From the NCBI GenBank assembly GCA_050012015.1, contig JBEKHZ010000003.1, positions 332,970 through 396,969 of the forward strand: a DNA stretch of 64,000 bases, read 5' to 3'. Under the pieces are notes generated by a model that made no database searches, had not been told where the DNA came from, and saw only the letters and a list, made by a program, of their open reading frames with translations. Made by a program: the position numbers and the translations under genes. Positions 36,770 through 46,550 of the stretch are shown here, in pieces (position 1 is the stretch's first letter; each line of letters begins with the position of its first letter). The stretch is from Terracidiphilus sp. GTDB lineage: Bacteria > Acidobacteriota > Terriglobia > Terriglobales > Acidobacteriaceae.

Positions 36770-38164
36770 ATGAATCTGGGGTTTATTGAGAGCAAGACAT
36801 ACGACGAGATTTCCGTTGGCGATACAGCTAGGACAGAGCACGTTCTAACCGCGGATGACGCGATGGCATTCGCCTCGATTTCCGGATTCCACTCCGTTCT
36901 GAATACCGACGAACTGATTGATCGCGCCGGGGGCATACCTCCGAATGGACCAAACATGTGGTGTGCCTCGCTTATCTCAGGTCTCTTCAGCATGAATGTA
37001 CCCGGGCCTGGATGCACGCTGACAAACGTTTCACTCTCGTTTCATAATCGCATTCGTGTCGGTGATCGCATTCTCGCCCAGGTGCAGGTTACGGCCAAGG
37101 ACGATTCTACAAAGGAGATTCACTTCGATTGCGAGGCACGCAATGGCGCCGGTCTCCCCATCTTCTCCGGTACAGCCCAGCTCATCGCGCCTCCGAAGAA
37201 GCTGCGCTGGGCCACCCTTCCCCTTCCCCAGCTCATTGTCAGCAATCCCTATCGTCATTACCTTGACATGATCGCGCGTGCGAACTCCCAACCGGCTGTG
37301 AAAACTGCGATTGTCTGGCCCTGCGACGAGGTTTCTCTCGGAGGCGCAATGCAGGCATTCAAGGACAGTCTGATCATCCCGGTTCTTGTGGGCTGTGAAG
37401 CGAAGATGCGCGCCTTGGCAGGCACTTTGCAACTCGACTTGGGAGGCATTCAGATCGTTGATACCGACGATCGCCGCACGGCTGCCGTGCGGGCCGTAGA
37501 GATGGCGCGTAAGAGTGAGGTACAAATGCTCATGAAGGGTTCTCTTCAGACTGACGAACTCATGAGCGCTGTCGTGTCGCGCGAAGGAGGGTTGCGCACA
37601 GGGAGGCGCATCAGCCATGTATTTGCTTTGGATGTGCCTTCCTATCACAAGACTCTCTTCGTAACCGATGCGGCCATGAACTTCCAGCCGGACCTGGAAA
37701 CCAAGATCGACATTCTGCAGAATGCTATCGACATGATGCTCACGCTTGAGGTCGTGAACCCCAAGGTGGCCATACTGTCGGCGGTGGAGTCAGTCAACCC
37801 GGGCATTCCCTCAACGCTTGATGCCGCCGCTCTCTGCAAAATGGTTGATCGCGGACAGATTACTGGCGCCATCGTCGATGGCCCACTCGCCTTCGATAAT
37901 GCCATTTCGAGCGACGCCGCTCGGATCAAGATGATCAAATCGCCGGTCGCGGGAGACCCGGATCTTCTGTTGGTCCCCAATCTGGAAGCCGGAAATATTC
38001 TCTTTAAGGAGCTTCAGTACTTGGCCGGAGCAGTAGCGGCGGGAGTTGTGGTGGGAGCTAAAGTCCCGGTAGTTCTCACCGGCCGTGCCGACGGAGAACT
38101 GGCTCGAACCGCGAGTTGCGCCCTGGGCGTCCTGCTCGCGAAGCCGGCGCCCGACCTGGGTTGA
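36770..38164 (+). CDS. bifunctional MaoC-like enoyl-CoA hydratase / phosphate acyl(acetyl/butyryl)transferase
   Basis: N-terminal ~140-aa hot-dog (MaoC) region followed by a PTA_PTB domain (…MKGSLQTDELM…VPNLEAGNILFKELQYL…). Confidence 0.85.
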   Translation: MNLGFIESKTYDEISVGDTARTEHVLTADDAMAFASISGFHSVLNTDELIDRAGGIPPNGPNMWCASLISGLFSMNVPGPGCTLTNVSLSFHNRIRVGDRILAQVQVTAKDDSTKEIHFDCEARNGAGLPIFSGTAQLIAPPKKLRWATLPLPQLIVSNPYRHYLDMIARANSQPAVKTAIVWPCDEVSLGGAMQAFKDSLIIPVLVGCEAKMRALAGTLQLDLGGIQIVDTDDRRTAAVRAVEMARKSEVQMLMKGSLQTDELMSAVVSREGGLRTGRRISHVFALDVPSYHKTLFVTDAAMNFQPDLETKIDILQNAIDMMLTLEVVNPKVAILSAVESVNPGIPSTLDAAALCKMVDRGQITGAIVDGPLAFDNAISSDAARIKMIKSPVAGDPDLLLVPNLEAGNILFKELQYLAGAVAAGVVVGAKVPVVLTGRADGELARTASCALGVLLAKPAPDLG

Positions 38165-38491
38165 GCCCAAAGTCTCATATCAGACAGCCCCGCGAATTGA
38201 GGTTTACAGCTGTAATCCAGATCACCGGACCATCAGGTCGCACGGCTGCTGCAGCGCCGGCAATTTCATCAGTGGATTTCTTTTCTGAATTGCACCGTAA
38301 ATACAGCAATTAGGGCTTTACAACCGCTCTTCCGTTGCGCTATTGTGGACGGTAGTTTTTCCTGCATCGAAACGGGAACGCCAAAGAGTAGACAGAAAAC
38401 CTCTCTGGCCTTGCGGCTCTTTGCATAGTATGTCTATCCTGGCATCGTGAGCCGGTTCGGCGCATCCAGGACAGAGAACGGGTGTGATCTT

Positions 38492-39220
38492 ATGGCGACT
38501 GTTGTTCCTTCTCAGCGCGGCCTCAACAAGCTATATCCCGACGCGCGTACGGCGCTTGAGGGCATTGTTCGCGATGGCATGTTGCTGGCCGTCGGCGGTT
38601 TCGGCCTGTGCGGCATTCCGGAAGCGCTCATCCAGGCGCTACGCGAAATCGGCGTGCGCAACCTGACCGCGGCTAGCAACAACGCGGGCGTCGACGGCTG
38701 GGGCCTCGGCGTTCTCCTCGAATCGCGGCAGATCAAAAAAATGATCTCCAGCTATGTGGGCGAGAACGCGGAATTCGAGCGCCAGTTCCTTACCGGCGAG
38801 CTCGAAGTCGAGTTCAGCCCCCAGGGCACGCTGGCCGAACGCATGCGTGCCGGCGGCGCCGGCATTCCCGGCTTCTATACGCGCACCGGCGTGGGCACCA
38901 TGATTGCCGACGGCAAGGAGCTCAAGGACTTTGACGGTGTGACTTATGTCCTCGAGCGCGGCATCGTGGCTGACTTGGCGCTGGTCAAAGCCTGGAAGGC
39001 AGACCTGTACGGCAACCTCGTCTACCGGCGCACCGCGCGCAACTTCAACCCCGTCGCCGCCACCTGCGGCAAAATCACCATCGCGGAAGCGGAGATTATC
39101 GTCAAGCCCGGCGAGCTCGACCCCGACGAAATTCACACGCCCGGCATCTTCGTCCACCGCCTGGTCCACAATCCGCATCCGGAGAAGCGCATTGAGCGGA
39201 GAACCGTTCGCGAAGGTTGA
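38492..39220 (+). CDS. scoA: 3-oxoacid CoA-transferase subunit A
   Basis: LLAVGGFGLCGIPEALI..., SNNAGVDGWGLG, ELEVEFSPQGTLAERMRAGGAGIPGFYT are typical of ScoA/AtoD. Confidence 0.9.
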   Translation: MATVVPSQRGLNKLYPDARTALEGIVRDGMLLAVGGFGLCGIPEALIQALREIGVRNLTAASNNAGVDGWGLGVLLESRQIKKMISSYVGENAEFERQFLTGELEVEFSPQGTLAERMRAGGAGIPGFYTRTGVGTMIADGKELKDFDGVTYVLERGIVADLALVKAWKADLYGNLVYRRTARNFNPVAATCGKITIAEAEIIVKPGELDPDEIHTPGIFVHRLVHNPHPEKRIERRTVREG

Positions 39221-39294
39221 TCAATATTCACTGAATCCACAACCGCCTCAATCGACACCGATTGAGCTGGAGCTAAAAGCTAGGAGACGCATCC

Positions 39295-39927
39295 ATGCCC
39301 TGGACCCGTCAGCAAATGGCCGCCCGCGCCGCCCGTGAGTTAAAGGACGGCTACTACGTCAATCTCGGTATTGGCATTCCCACCCTCGTCGGCAACTACA
39401 TTCCCGAGGGCGTTACTGTCGCTTTGGAATCGGAAAACGGGCTGCTCGGCATGGGCCCGTTCCCGCTCGACTCCGAAGTCGATGCCGATCTCATCAACGC
39501 TGGCAAGGAGACCGTGACCTTCATTCCCGGTGCCTCCATCTTCTCCAGCGCCGACTCCTTCGCTATGATCCGCGGCGGCCACGTCGATGTCGCCATTCTC
39601 GGCGCCATGGAAGTCTCCGTGCACGGAGACCTGGCCAACTGGATGATTCCGGGCAAGCGCGTGAAGGGCATGGGCGGCGCCATGGATTTGGTCAACGGCG
39701 TGCACCGCGTGATCGTCATCATGGAGCACAACGGGCCCGGCGGCAGCTTCAAACTGCTGCCCGAGTGTAAGCTGCCGCTTACCGGCAAGGGCGTCGTCCA
39801 TCTCATCGTCACTGATCTCTGCGTCCTCAACGTCACGCCCTCCGGCTTCGAGTGTGTCGAGCTCGCCGATGACGTCACGCGCGAGATGGTCGAGCAGCGC
39901 ACCGGCGCGCCCGTGCGCTTCCGCTAA
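39295..39927 (+). CDS. scoB: 3-oxoacid CoA-transferase subunit B
   Basis: [13 protein letters not shown]..., [12 protein letters not shown] (catalytic Glu block), GAMDLV. Confidence 0.9.
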   Translation: MPWTRQQMAARAARELKDGYYVNLGIGIPTLVGNYIPEGVTVALESENGLLGMGPFPLDSEVDADLINAGKETVTFIPGASIFSSADSFAMIRGGHVDVAILGAMEVSVHGDLANWMIPGKRVKGMGGAMDLVNGVHRVIVIMEHNGPGGSFKLLPECKLPLTGKGVVHLIVTDLCVLNVTPSGFECVELADDVTREMVEQRTGAPVRFR

Positions 39928-39940
39928 GTCTATCGCCGCA

Positions 39941-40029
39941 GTGAATGTGATTGGCTAGGCCATCGCGCTGGGCCATCCAATCGGAGCTTCGGGGCGCCGG
40001 TTTCTGTTGCCCTTGCTCCACAAAATGCA
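39941..40029 (+). pseudogene. 89-nt thiolase-derived relic (left arm of an inverted repeat)
   Basis: Reads [28 protein letters not shown] with an in-frame stop. 79/89 nt are identical to the reverse complement of 44289-44377. Confidence 0.65.
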
Positions 40030-40051
40030 TTCGTACAAAAGGAGTCATTTT

Positions 40052-40849
40052 ATGGCAGAAAGTAGCGGTATTGGCAGTACGAGCAACATCAGCGGGCCGG
40101 CGACGGACTCGCTCAAAGGCAGAGTCGCCCTGGTGACGGGCGGATCACGGGGCATCGGAAAGGCTATCTCACTGGAACTTGCCCGCAATGGGGCAGCGGT
40201 GGCCGTCAACTTTGTCAGCAATGTGGCCGCGGCGGAGGCGGTCTTGGCCGACATTCGCGCCATGGGCGGCGAGTGCATGTTGGTGCAGGGCGACGTGTCT
40301 AAAAAAGAGGCCGCGCGCAGTGTCGTCGGCAAAATCCTGGAGGCATGGAAGAAGATCGACATCCTGGTCAACAACGCCGGGATTACGCGCGATCGCACAC
40401 TGAAGAAGATGACCGATGAGGACTGGGAAGCGGCCATCTCGGTCAATCTGAATGGGACCTATTACTGCACCAGTGCCGTTATTCCGTCCATGATCGAGCA
40501 AAAATACGGGCGCATCATCAACATTGCCTCTATCGTCGGCCAGGCGGGATCCTTCGGCCAATCCAATTATGCCGCCAGCAAAGGCGGCATCATCGCGTTC
40601 ACCAAGTGCCTGGCGCTGGAGCTGGCGAAAGAGAACATCACCGCCAATGTAGTTTGCCCGGGGTATACCGGTACGGAAATGGTAGAAGCGATGCCGGCAG
40701 AAGTTCTCGAAAAGATTTGTGCCAGGATACCGCTGCGCCGGCTGGCAAAGCCCGAAGAGATCGCCAAGGCGGTTCTCTTCCTGGCCCGGGATGCGGATTA
40801 CATCACCGGAGCGGAGTTGAATGTAAACGGTGGGCTGTTGATGTCCTAG
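40052..40849 (+). CDS. SDR-family 3-oxoacyl-(ACP/CoA) reductase (FabG/PhaB-like)
   Basis: AGGAG RBS before the ATG at 40052. VALVTGGSRGIGKAI, NNAG, SxxxxxxxxxxxxYAASK, and a C-terminal ITGAELNVNGG. Confidence 0.85.
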   Translation: MAESSGIGSTSNISGPATDSLKGRVALVTGGSRGIGKAISLELARNGAAVAVNFVSNVAAAEAVLADIRAMGGECMLVQGDVSKKEAARSVVGKILEAWKKIDILVNNAGITRDRTLKKMTDEDWEAAISVNLNGTYYCTSAVIPSMIEQKYGRIINIASIVGQAGSFGQSNYAASKGGIIAFTKCLALELAKENITANVVCPGYTGTEMVEAMPAEVLEKICARIPLRRLAKPEEIAKAVLFLARDADYITGAELNVNGGLLMS

Positions 40850-41115
40850 GGCCTGTGAACACTACCTGGGGTGGATGGCGTTGCGTGCGAAAAACCGTTC
40901 AGACGAGGCGGAGGACGAAGGCTTAGGTCGCTCCTAGGCTAGGACGACAACGAAGTATGAGCGGTTTTTTCGCCGCAACCCGAAGGGACGGGGCCAATTT
41001 CCCCTATCTCTTCGTCGCTCGTCGCTCCAGTAGGTCGACTACAGTTCGCTCCTCGCTTCTTGATCTGAGAAAAATTGGCTCTCGTCGCCGCCATCCCAGG
41101 TAGTGTTAACAGGCC
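40850..41115. repeat. 266-bp structured element with 27-31 nt terminal inverted repeats (MITE-like or structured RNA)
   Basis: GGCCTGTGAACACTACCTGGGGTGGATGGCG (40850-40880) pairs with CGCCATCCCAGGTAGTGTTAACAGGCC (41089-41115): 26/27 matches plus a 4-nt indel. Nested internal hairpins include 40881-40978. Confidence 0.55.
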
Positions 41116-41237
41116 CTGAGGCCTGCTTGAATTACTTCGCGGATTTTGGAGCCAGCCAGCAAGCTACAGCCTAGCGCGCTAGCTGGCTCCACTTCCCGCC
41201 ATGAACCCGATGTGCCCTCTGCCCGGACAAGCCCGAG

Positions 41238-43283
41238 CTATTTCGTCTGCTGCCCCTCGAGCTCCAGCAGGTGCTGGCTGGCCTCCTCGGCATTCTCGTA
41301 AATGTGAGGAGCGACATTGCGCTCGGCCAGCGCGTCTCCGAGTTTCATGCGCGCGAAGCCGCTTGTCGTGTAGCGGGTGACGCCCGAGTAGCAATCCTCC
41401 ATCAGTTCCTTCACCATGTCGGTATACGGCCCCAACAGCTCGGGAGTGATCGAGAAGTTGTCGTAATTGACGATGGTGTATACCTTGCCGGTCACCTGTT
41501 TCAGATGCTCGCGCACCGCCTGGTTGATGTGGCTGATCTGTTCTATGCTGCGCACCGCGTAGCCTTCGAAGTTGACGAAGAACAGATTCTGCTTCGGCTC
41601 GTAGCTGAGCCGCCTCTCCAGAGGCAGATCCAATAAATCGCTACGCAGACCCATGGGCTTGGGCAGGAACAGGCGCGCGTCCATGAGCTTGGGCTGTTTC
41701 ACGATGGGCTTGAAATCCATGTGCGCCAGGATGTCCTTTTCGATATCGATTCCCGGTGCTACCTCAATCAGTTCCAGGCCATCCGGCGTGAGGCGGAAGA
41801 CGCAGCGTTCGGTTACATAATGCACCGGCTGTCCGCGCAGGCTGGCATATTTGCCGCTGAAGGTGCGGTGTTCAACCTCATGCACAAACTTTCGCGTACG
41901 GCCTTCCTTGATGATTTGCAATTTGCCGTCTTCGAATCCGAGCTGGAGACTGCCTGCCGTGAAGGTGCCGCAGAAAACCAGGCTCTTGGCGTTTTGGCTG
42001 ATATTGATGAACCCACCGGCGCCCGCCAACCTGGGGCCGAATTTGCTCACATTGAGGCTGCCCTCGCGGTCCGCCTCTGCCAGGCCGAGGAAGGCCAGGT
42101 CAAGTCCGCCGCCGTCGTAAAAATCGAACTGGTAGGGCTGATCGATGATGGCGTGGGCGTTGACCGCGGCGCCGAAATCCAGCCCTCCGGCCGGAACTCC
42201 GCCCACCACTCCGGGCTCGGCAGTGAGGGTAATGAGATCGGTGATCTTTTCCTCATTGGCCACATTGGCCACGCCTTCGGGCATGCCAATTCCCAGGTTG
42301 ACCACGCTGTTGGTTTTCAGCTCGAACGCCGACCGGCGCGCAATCACCTTGCGCGCCGACAGCTCCATCGGCGGGATGGCTCCCATCCGCGTACGGATCT
42401 CTGAGCTAAAACCAGGGTTGTACACGGTAGCGAAGGTCTGCCAATGGTACTCCGGCTTTTCCGCTACCACCACGCAATCGACGAGTATTCCCGGGATCTT
42501 CACCTGGCGTGGATTGAGCGTGCCGCTCTCGGCCACCCGCTCCACCTGGGCGATAACGATCCCGCCGGAGTTGTGCGCGGCCATGGCAATGGAGAGCATT
42601 TCGATCGTCAGCGCCTCGCGCTCCATGGTGATATTGCCTTCGGGATCGGCCGTGGTGCCCCGGACAATGCCCACGTTGACTGGAAACGTTTTGTAGGACA
42701 GGTACTCCTGGCCGTCGATGGTCACCAACTCGACGATATCCTCGGTGGTGCGGTCGTTGATTTTGCCGCCGCCGTAACGCGGATCGACGTAGGTTCCCAG
42801 GCCGACTCTGCTAATGTGCCTGGGACGATGCGCGGCGATATCGCGAAACATATGCGAGATCACACCTTGGGGAAGGTTATACGCCTCGATCTGGCCGGTG
42901 ACCGCCAGCGCTCCAAGCTTAGGCACCAGGCCGAAATGGCCACCAACGACGCGTTTCACCAGACCTGGATGACCGAAGTGATTCAGCCCCCGTTCCTTTC
43001 CGTCGCCCTGCCCCGCTGCATAGAGAAGCGTAAGGTTGCGAGGCCGTCCGTTACCCGGGCCGAGTTCCTCTTCGGACGTCAGGAACTGTTGCTCAATGGC
43101 AACGGCAATCCCTTCGGCAAAGGCAACGCCCACGAAGCCTCCGGTCGCTACCACATCGCCATCGTGAATCAAGCGCACGGCATCGGCGGCGGAGACAAGT
43201 TTGTGCCGCTCCGGAGTACGCGCGGATGCCAGCGTGGCTATAGGGTGGGTCTGAAGAGATGTGGTCAGAGGATTGGAAGGCAT
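41238..43283 (-). CDS. fused acyl-CoA:acetate/3-ketoacid CoA-transferase (YdiF/Pct-like) with ~130-aa C-terminal extension
   Basis: Both CoA-transferase halves are in one chain (…[14 protein letters not shown]…, …[19 protein letters not shown]…). Confidence 0.85.
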   Translation of the reverse strand: MPSNPLTTSLQTHPIATLASARTPERHKLVSAADAVRLIHDGDVVATGGFVGVAFAEGIAVAIEQQFLTSEEELGPGNGRPRNLTLLYAAGQGDGKERGLNHFGHPGLVKRVVGGHFGLVPKLGALAVTGQIEAYNLPQGVISHMFRDIAAHRPRHISRVGLGTYVDPRYGGGKINDRTTEDIVELVTIDGQEYLSYKTFPVNVGIVRGTTADPEGNITMEREALTIEMLSIAMAAHNSGGIVIAQVERVAESGTLNPRQVKIPGILVDCVVVAEKPEYHWQTFATVYNPGFSSEIRTRMGAIPPMELSARKVIARRSAFELKTNSVVNLGIGMPEGVANVANEEKITDLITLTAEPGVVGGVPAGGLDFGAAVNAHAIIDQPYQFDFYDGGGLDLAFLGLAEADREGSLNVSKFGPRLAGAGGFINISQNAKSLVFCGTFTAGSLQLGFEDGKLQIIKEGRTRKFVHEVEHRTFSGKYASLRGQPVHYVTERCVFRLTPDGLELIEVAPGIDIEKDILAHMDFKPIVKQPKLMDARLFLPKPMGLRSDLLDLPLERRLSYEPKQNLFFVNFEGYAVRSIEQISHINQAVREHLKQVTGKVYTIVNYDNFSITPELLGPYTDMVKELMEDCYSGVTRYTTSGFARMKLGDALAERNVAPHIYENAEEASQHLLELEGQQTK

Positions 43284-43343
43284 AGCAATTCTCCCTGCGA
43301 GTTATGAAGGCGTGCCTTGCGGCACGCCTTGAAGCATCTTGTC

Positions 43344-44117
43344 CTAGCGCGCTGTCCAGCCCAAATCAATGTCCAGCGCCGCGCCGGTGATACCTGAGGC
43401 CTCGTCCGTGCATAGGTACTTCACCAGCGAAGCAACTTCGCTGGGTTCCAGCAGTCGCTTGATGGCGGCAGGTGCAAGCATGATCTTCTGAACCACCTCG
43501 TCCTCTGAGATGCCGTTCGTTTTGGCCTGATCCGCAATTTGTTTCTCGACCAGCGGAGTGCGCACGTAGGCGGGACAGATGGCATTGCAGGTAATGCCGT
43601 TCTCGGCCTGCTCCAACGCCACGACCTTCGTCAACCCCAGCACCCCGTGCTTGGCCGAAATATAAGCCACCTTGAAGGGCGACGCCACTCTGCCGTGGAG
43701 CGAGCTGATGTTGATAATCCGGCCCCACTTCTGCTTAATCATGTGGGGCAAGGAATACTTGCAGCAAAGGAACGCTCCGGTAAGCATGACGCCTATCAGT
43801 AGGTTCCAGCGCTCTTCGGGGAAATCCACCACCGGCGCTACGTGTTGCAGACCCGCATTGTTGACCATGATGTCGAGACGTCCAAATTTTTCGACGGCGG
43901 CATCGACGAGGTGGCGTACATCGTCGGGCGAGGAAACGTTTGTTTTAACAAAAAGGCTGGTAAACCCGGCCTCTTTCAGTTTCGCCTCGGCTCGTTCCCC
44001 GCCGGGAACGTCCATGTCGGCAATCACGCAGTTCACGCCCACCTGCGCGAGCGACTCCACGCACGCCCACCCAATCCCGCTTGCACCACCTGTTACAATC
44101 GCAACTTTTCCCTTCAT
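43344..44117 (-). CDS. bdhA: 3-hydroxybutyrate dehydrogenase (SDR)
   Basis: AGGAG RBS plus the ATG at 44117. MKGKVAIVTGGASGIG, NNAG, YISAKHGVLGLTK, and the CPAYVRTPLVEKQI block typical of BdhA. Confidence 0.85.
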   Translation of the reverse strand: MKGKVAIVTGGASGIGWACVESLAQVGVNCVIADMDVPGGERAEAKLKEAGFTSLFVKTNVSSPDDVRHLVDAAVEKFGRLDIMVNNAGLQHVAPVVDFPEERWNLLIGVMLTGAFLCCKYSLPHMIKQKWGRIINISSLHGRVASPFKVAYISAKHGVLGLTKVVALEQAENGITCNAICPAYVRTPLVEKQIADQAKTNGISEDEVVQKIMLAPAAIKRLLEPSEVASLVKYLCTDEASGITGAALDIDLGWTAR

Positions 44118-44206
44118 GATGTTACTCCTTGCGACACTACTGTTCGCTGCTTGGCTCTGTCTGTATTTTGGATGTGTGCCTATGGCATACACCTTCCGCT
44201 ATGGAT

Positions 44207-44410
44207 TCAATCGCGCTGCAGGGCCATGGCCACACCTATGCTCCCACAGATACAGAGGGAAGCCAAGTCTTTCCTGGCATTGCGCCGCTGCATCTCGTGG
44301 AGCAAGGTCACTAGAAACCGGCGCCCCGAAGCTCCGATAGGATGGCCCAGCGCGATGGCTCCGCCATTCACATTCACTTTCGCCAGCTCCCGGCCCAACT
44401 CCTTGTGCAC
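44207..44410 (-). pseudogene. acetyl-CoA acetyltransferase (thiolase) 3' fragment, last ~65 codons only
   Basis: ...[65 protein letters not shown]. An in-frame TAA lies immediately upstream and no N-terminal ~330 codons exist. Confidence 0.75.
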
Positions 44411-44773
44411 GGTATCCGGCGAAATTTACACTGACACGCTGAGTGCAATAAGCATCTTAAACGGCGACGGCCTTGTCAAGGGGATGCGAGCAAATATATG
44501 TAAATAAAGAGCATACCGGGGCACAGGCGTGGCGATGCTGGCGTAAAGGGCCCCAAAGGGGGGTCAGAGGCCATCTCCGAATCGGCCCCCGGATTCCCCT
44601 CGAAAAATTGTGCTTCAAACGCGCCACTTCCTATGCCAAAGTCCCGGTCGGCTATGGCAGGATGAACTTCGAATACAACGCCCCATACGGCCGCTTTACC
44701 GGCATTGCCCTGCGGCGGCAGCGTGGACGTCAGCTACAAGATCTTCTGATCCGCCGCGCAGCAATTCAATTCC

Positions 44774-45787
44774 TTAGTGCTCTTCCCTGCCCGGCCGCAG
44801 CATCAAATCCCTGATCGCCTCCCGGGGATCCTTGCCCTCGTCCAGAATCAACTCCATCTGCTCGGTGATGGGCATCTCAATCCCATGTCTGCGGGCCAGT
44901 CCCAGAGCCGCGCGCGTAGTCAGAACGCCCTCCGCCACCTTGCCGCCCAGTCCAGCAAGAATCTCCGGTAGTTTGCGCCCCCGCCCCAGCTCCTGCCCTA
45001 CGGTGCGGTTGCGGCTGAGTGAGCCGGTGCAGGTCAGCACCAGGTCGCCTACACCCGAAAGCCCGGCCAGCGTCTCCCGCCGCCCGCCGCAGGCCACCGC
45101 CAGCCTCGTAATCTCCGCAATCCCTCGGGTCATAAGGGCGGCGATAGAGTTGTGTCTCAGTCCCACTCCGTCAGCGACTCCGGCGGCGATGGCGATTATG
45201 TTCTTCAGCGCTCCGCCCATCTCCACGCCAATCACGTCCGTCGAAGTGTAGAGCCGCAGCGTTTCTGACGACAGCTCAGCCTGGATGCGCGCCGCAACCG
45301 CCGCGTCGTCAAATGCCACCGTGATGGCCGTAGGCTGCCCCTGCGCCACTTCCAAAGCAAAGCTCGGTCCGCTGAAAGCTCCTATCGGCAGCTTGAGTCC
45401 GGTTCCTGTCTCCGCTATGCATGCGGCAATCACCTGGCTCATGCGCAGCAGGCTGCGCTCCTCCACGCCCTTTGTCGCGCTGACAATGATCTGCCCAGTG
45501 TGCAGATGAGGGCGCAGGCGCGTAAATGTAGCGCGCAAAAATTCCGAGGGAATTACGGAGACAACAATCTCCGCCTCGCCAACGGCAGCCTCGTCGCCCG
45601 TAACGCGGACTCTTTCAGGAAGGGTAAAGCCCGGCAGAAAAAGTTTGTTTTCGCCGGCGTCTGCAATCTCCCGCGCAAGCTCGTTGCTGTGCGCCCACAG
45701 CGTGAGCTCGTGCCCGCCGCGCCTTTCGAGCGACAGTGCGAGTGCTGTTCCCCAGGCTCCGGAACCCAGAATTGTGATGCGGCTCAT
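44774..45787 (-). CDS. gpsA: NAD(P)H-dependent glycerol-3-phosphate dehydrogenase
   Basis: ITILGSGAWGTALA..., SATKGVE, GALKNIIAIAAG. Confidence 0.9.
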   Translation of the reverse strand: MSRITILGSGAWGTALALSLERRGGHELTLWAHSNELAREIADAGENKLFLPGFTLPERVRVTGDEAAVGEAEIVVSVIPSEFLRATFTRLRPHLHTGQIIVSATKGVEERSLLRMSQVIAACIAETGTGLKLPIGAFSGPSFALEVAQGQPTAITVAFDDAAVAARIQAELSSETLRLYTSTDVIGVEMGGALKNIIAIAAGVADGVGLRHNSIAALMTRGIAEITRLAVACGGRRETLAGLSGVGDLVLTCTGSLSRNRTVGQELGRGRKLPEILAGLGGKVAEGVLTTRAALGLARRHGIEMPITEQMELILDEGKDPREAIRDLMLRPGREEH

Positions 45788-46416
45788 GCGCTCTTTTTAG
45801 CTCCCAGCTTGGATTCCGTGCCGGCCAGCAGCCGGCGGATGTTCTGGTGATGTTTGACGATCAGCAACAGGGCGACGGCTACTTGCACTGCGGTGAAAAA
45901 CAGAAGCCTGTCGCCGTATCCCAGCAGCCAGGCAAAAAACGGAAAGCTTGCCGCGCCCAGAATCGATGCCAGCGAAACGTAGCGGCTTAGCGCCAGCACT
46001 ACGAAGAAGACCGAGATGGCCGCCAGCGCCGCCCACGGAGCTGCCACCAGGAAGACGCCAAAGCCGGTGGCCACGCCCTTGCCTCCTTTGAAGCCCAGCC
46101 ACACAGGAAACATGTGGCCCAGAACCGCAAACAGCGCCGCCAGAGCCTTCATGTTGTCCATCTCGGCGCCGGGCGCGAGTAGGTGGCCAATCAGCCATCC
46201 CAGCCACACCGCGGCGCAGCCCTTGAGCATGTCCATCAGGAACGTGGCCGCGGCCAGGCCCTTGCTGCCGGTGCGCAGAACATTGGTTGCCCCAATGTTC
46301 CCGCTGCCGGTCTGCCGGATATCCTGGTGGCGAAAGATGCGCACCAGAACGTAGCCGCTGGGGATCGATCCCAGCAGGTAAGAAACAATCACAATAAGCA
46401 GGCAGGCGAGGATCAT
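45784..46416 (-). CDS. plsY: glycerol-3-phosphate acyltransferase PlsY
   Basis: YLLGSIPSGY...GSGNIGATNV...FKGGKGVAT. The stop overlaps the gpsA start by 4 nt. Confidence 0.9.
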   Translation of the reverse strand: MILACLLIVIVSYLLGSIPSGYVLVRIFRHQDIRQTGSGNIGATNVLRTGSKGLAAATFLMDMLKGCAAVWLGWLIGHLLAPGAEMDNMKALAALFAVLGHMFPVWLGFKGGKGVATGFGVFLVAAPWAALAAISVFFVVLALSRYVSLASILGAASFPFFAWLLGYGDRLLFFTAVQVAVALLLIVKHHQNIRRLLAGTESKLGAKKSA

Positions 46417-46514
46417 AACGAAGGAAAGTGTAGCAGGTTGCGGGTGGTCATTGCAGCGGGAGCCCCGACCCGCGAAAAATCTATCGAATGATCATCAACA
46501 TTGTTTATTCCCCC

Positions 46515-46543
46515 TTGACCTTATAAACATAATTGTTTATATT
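46515..46543 (+). promoter_or_regulatory. sigma70-like promoter of hicAB with embedded palindromic operator
   Basis: TTGACC (46515-46520), a 17-nt spacer, then TATATT (46538-46543). The spacer and -10 contain the perfect palindrome TATAAACA-TAAT-TGTTTATA (46522-41). The hicA ATG at 46551 sits only about 7 nt after the -10. Confidence 0.55.
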
Positions 46544-46550
46544 TGAATTC

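Noticed and set aside
38395-38425. Possible sigma54 promoter (TGGCC...TTGCA) upstream of scoA
   Set aside because: The GG-to-GC spacing is 14 nt rather than the required 10.
44411-44814. ORF 44473..44814 (113 aa), and a search for further thiolase remnants upstream of the 3' fragment
   Set aside because: The ORF overlaps the gpsA 3' end and has an implausible composition. The minus-strand translations of 44411-44773 show no thiolase N-terminal or active-site motifs, so the thiolase is genuinely truncated.
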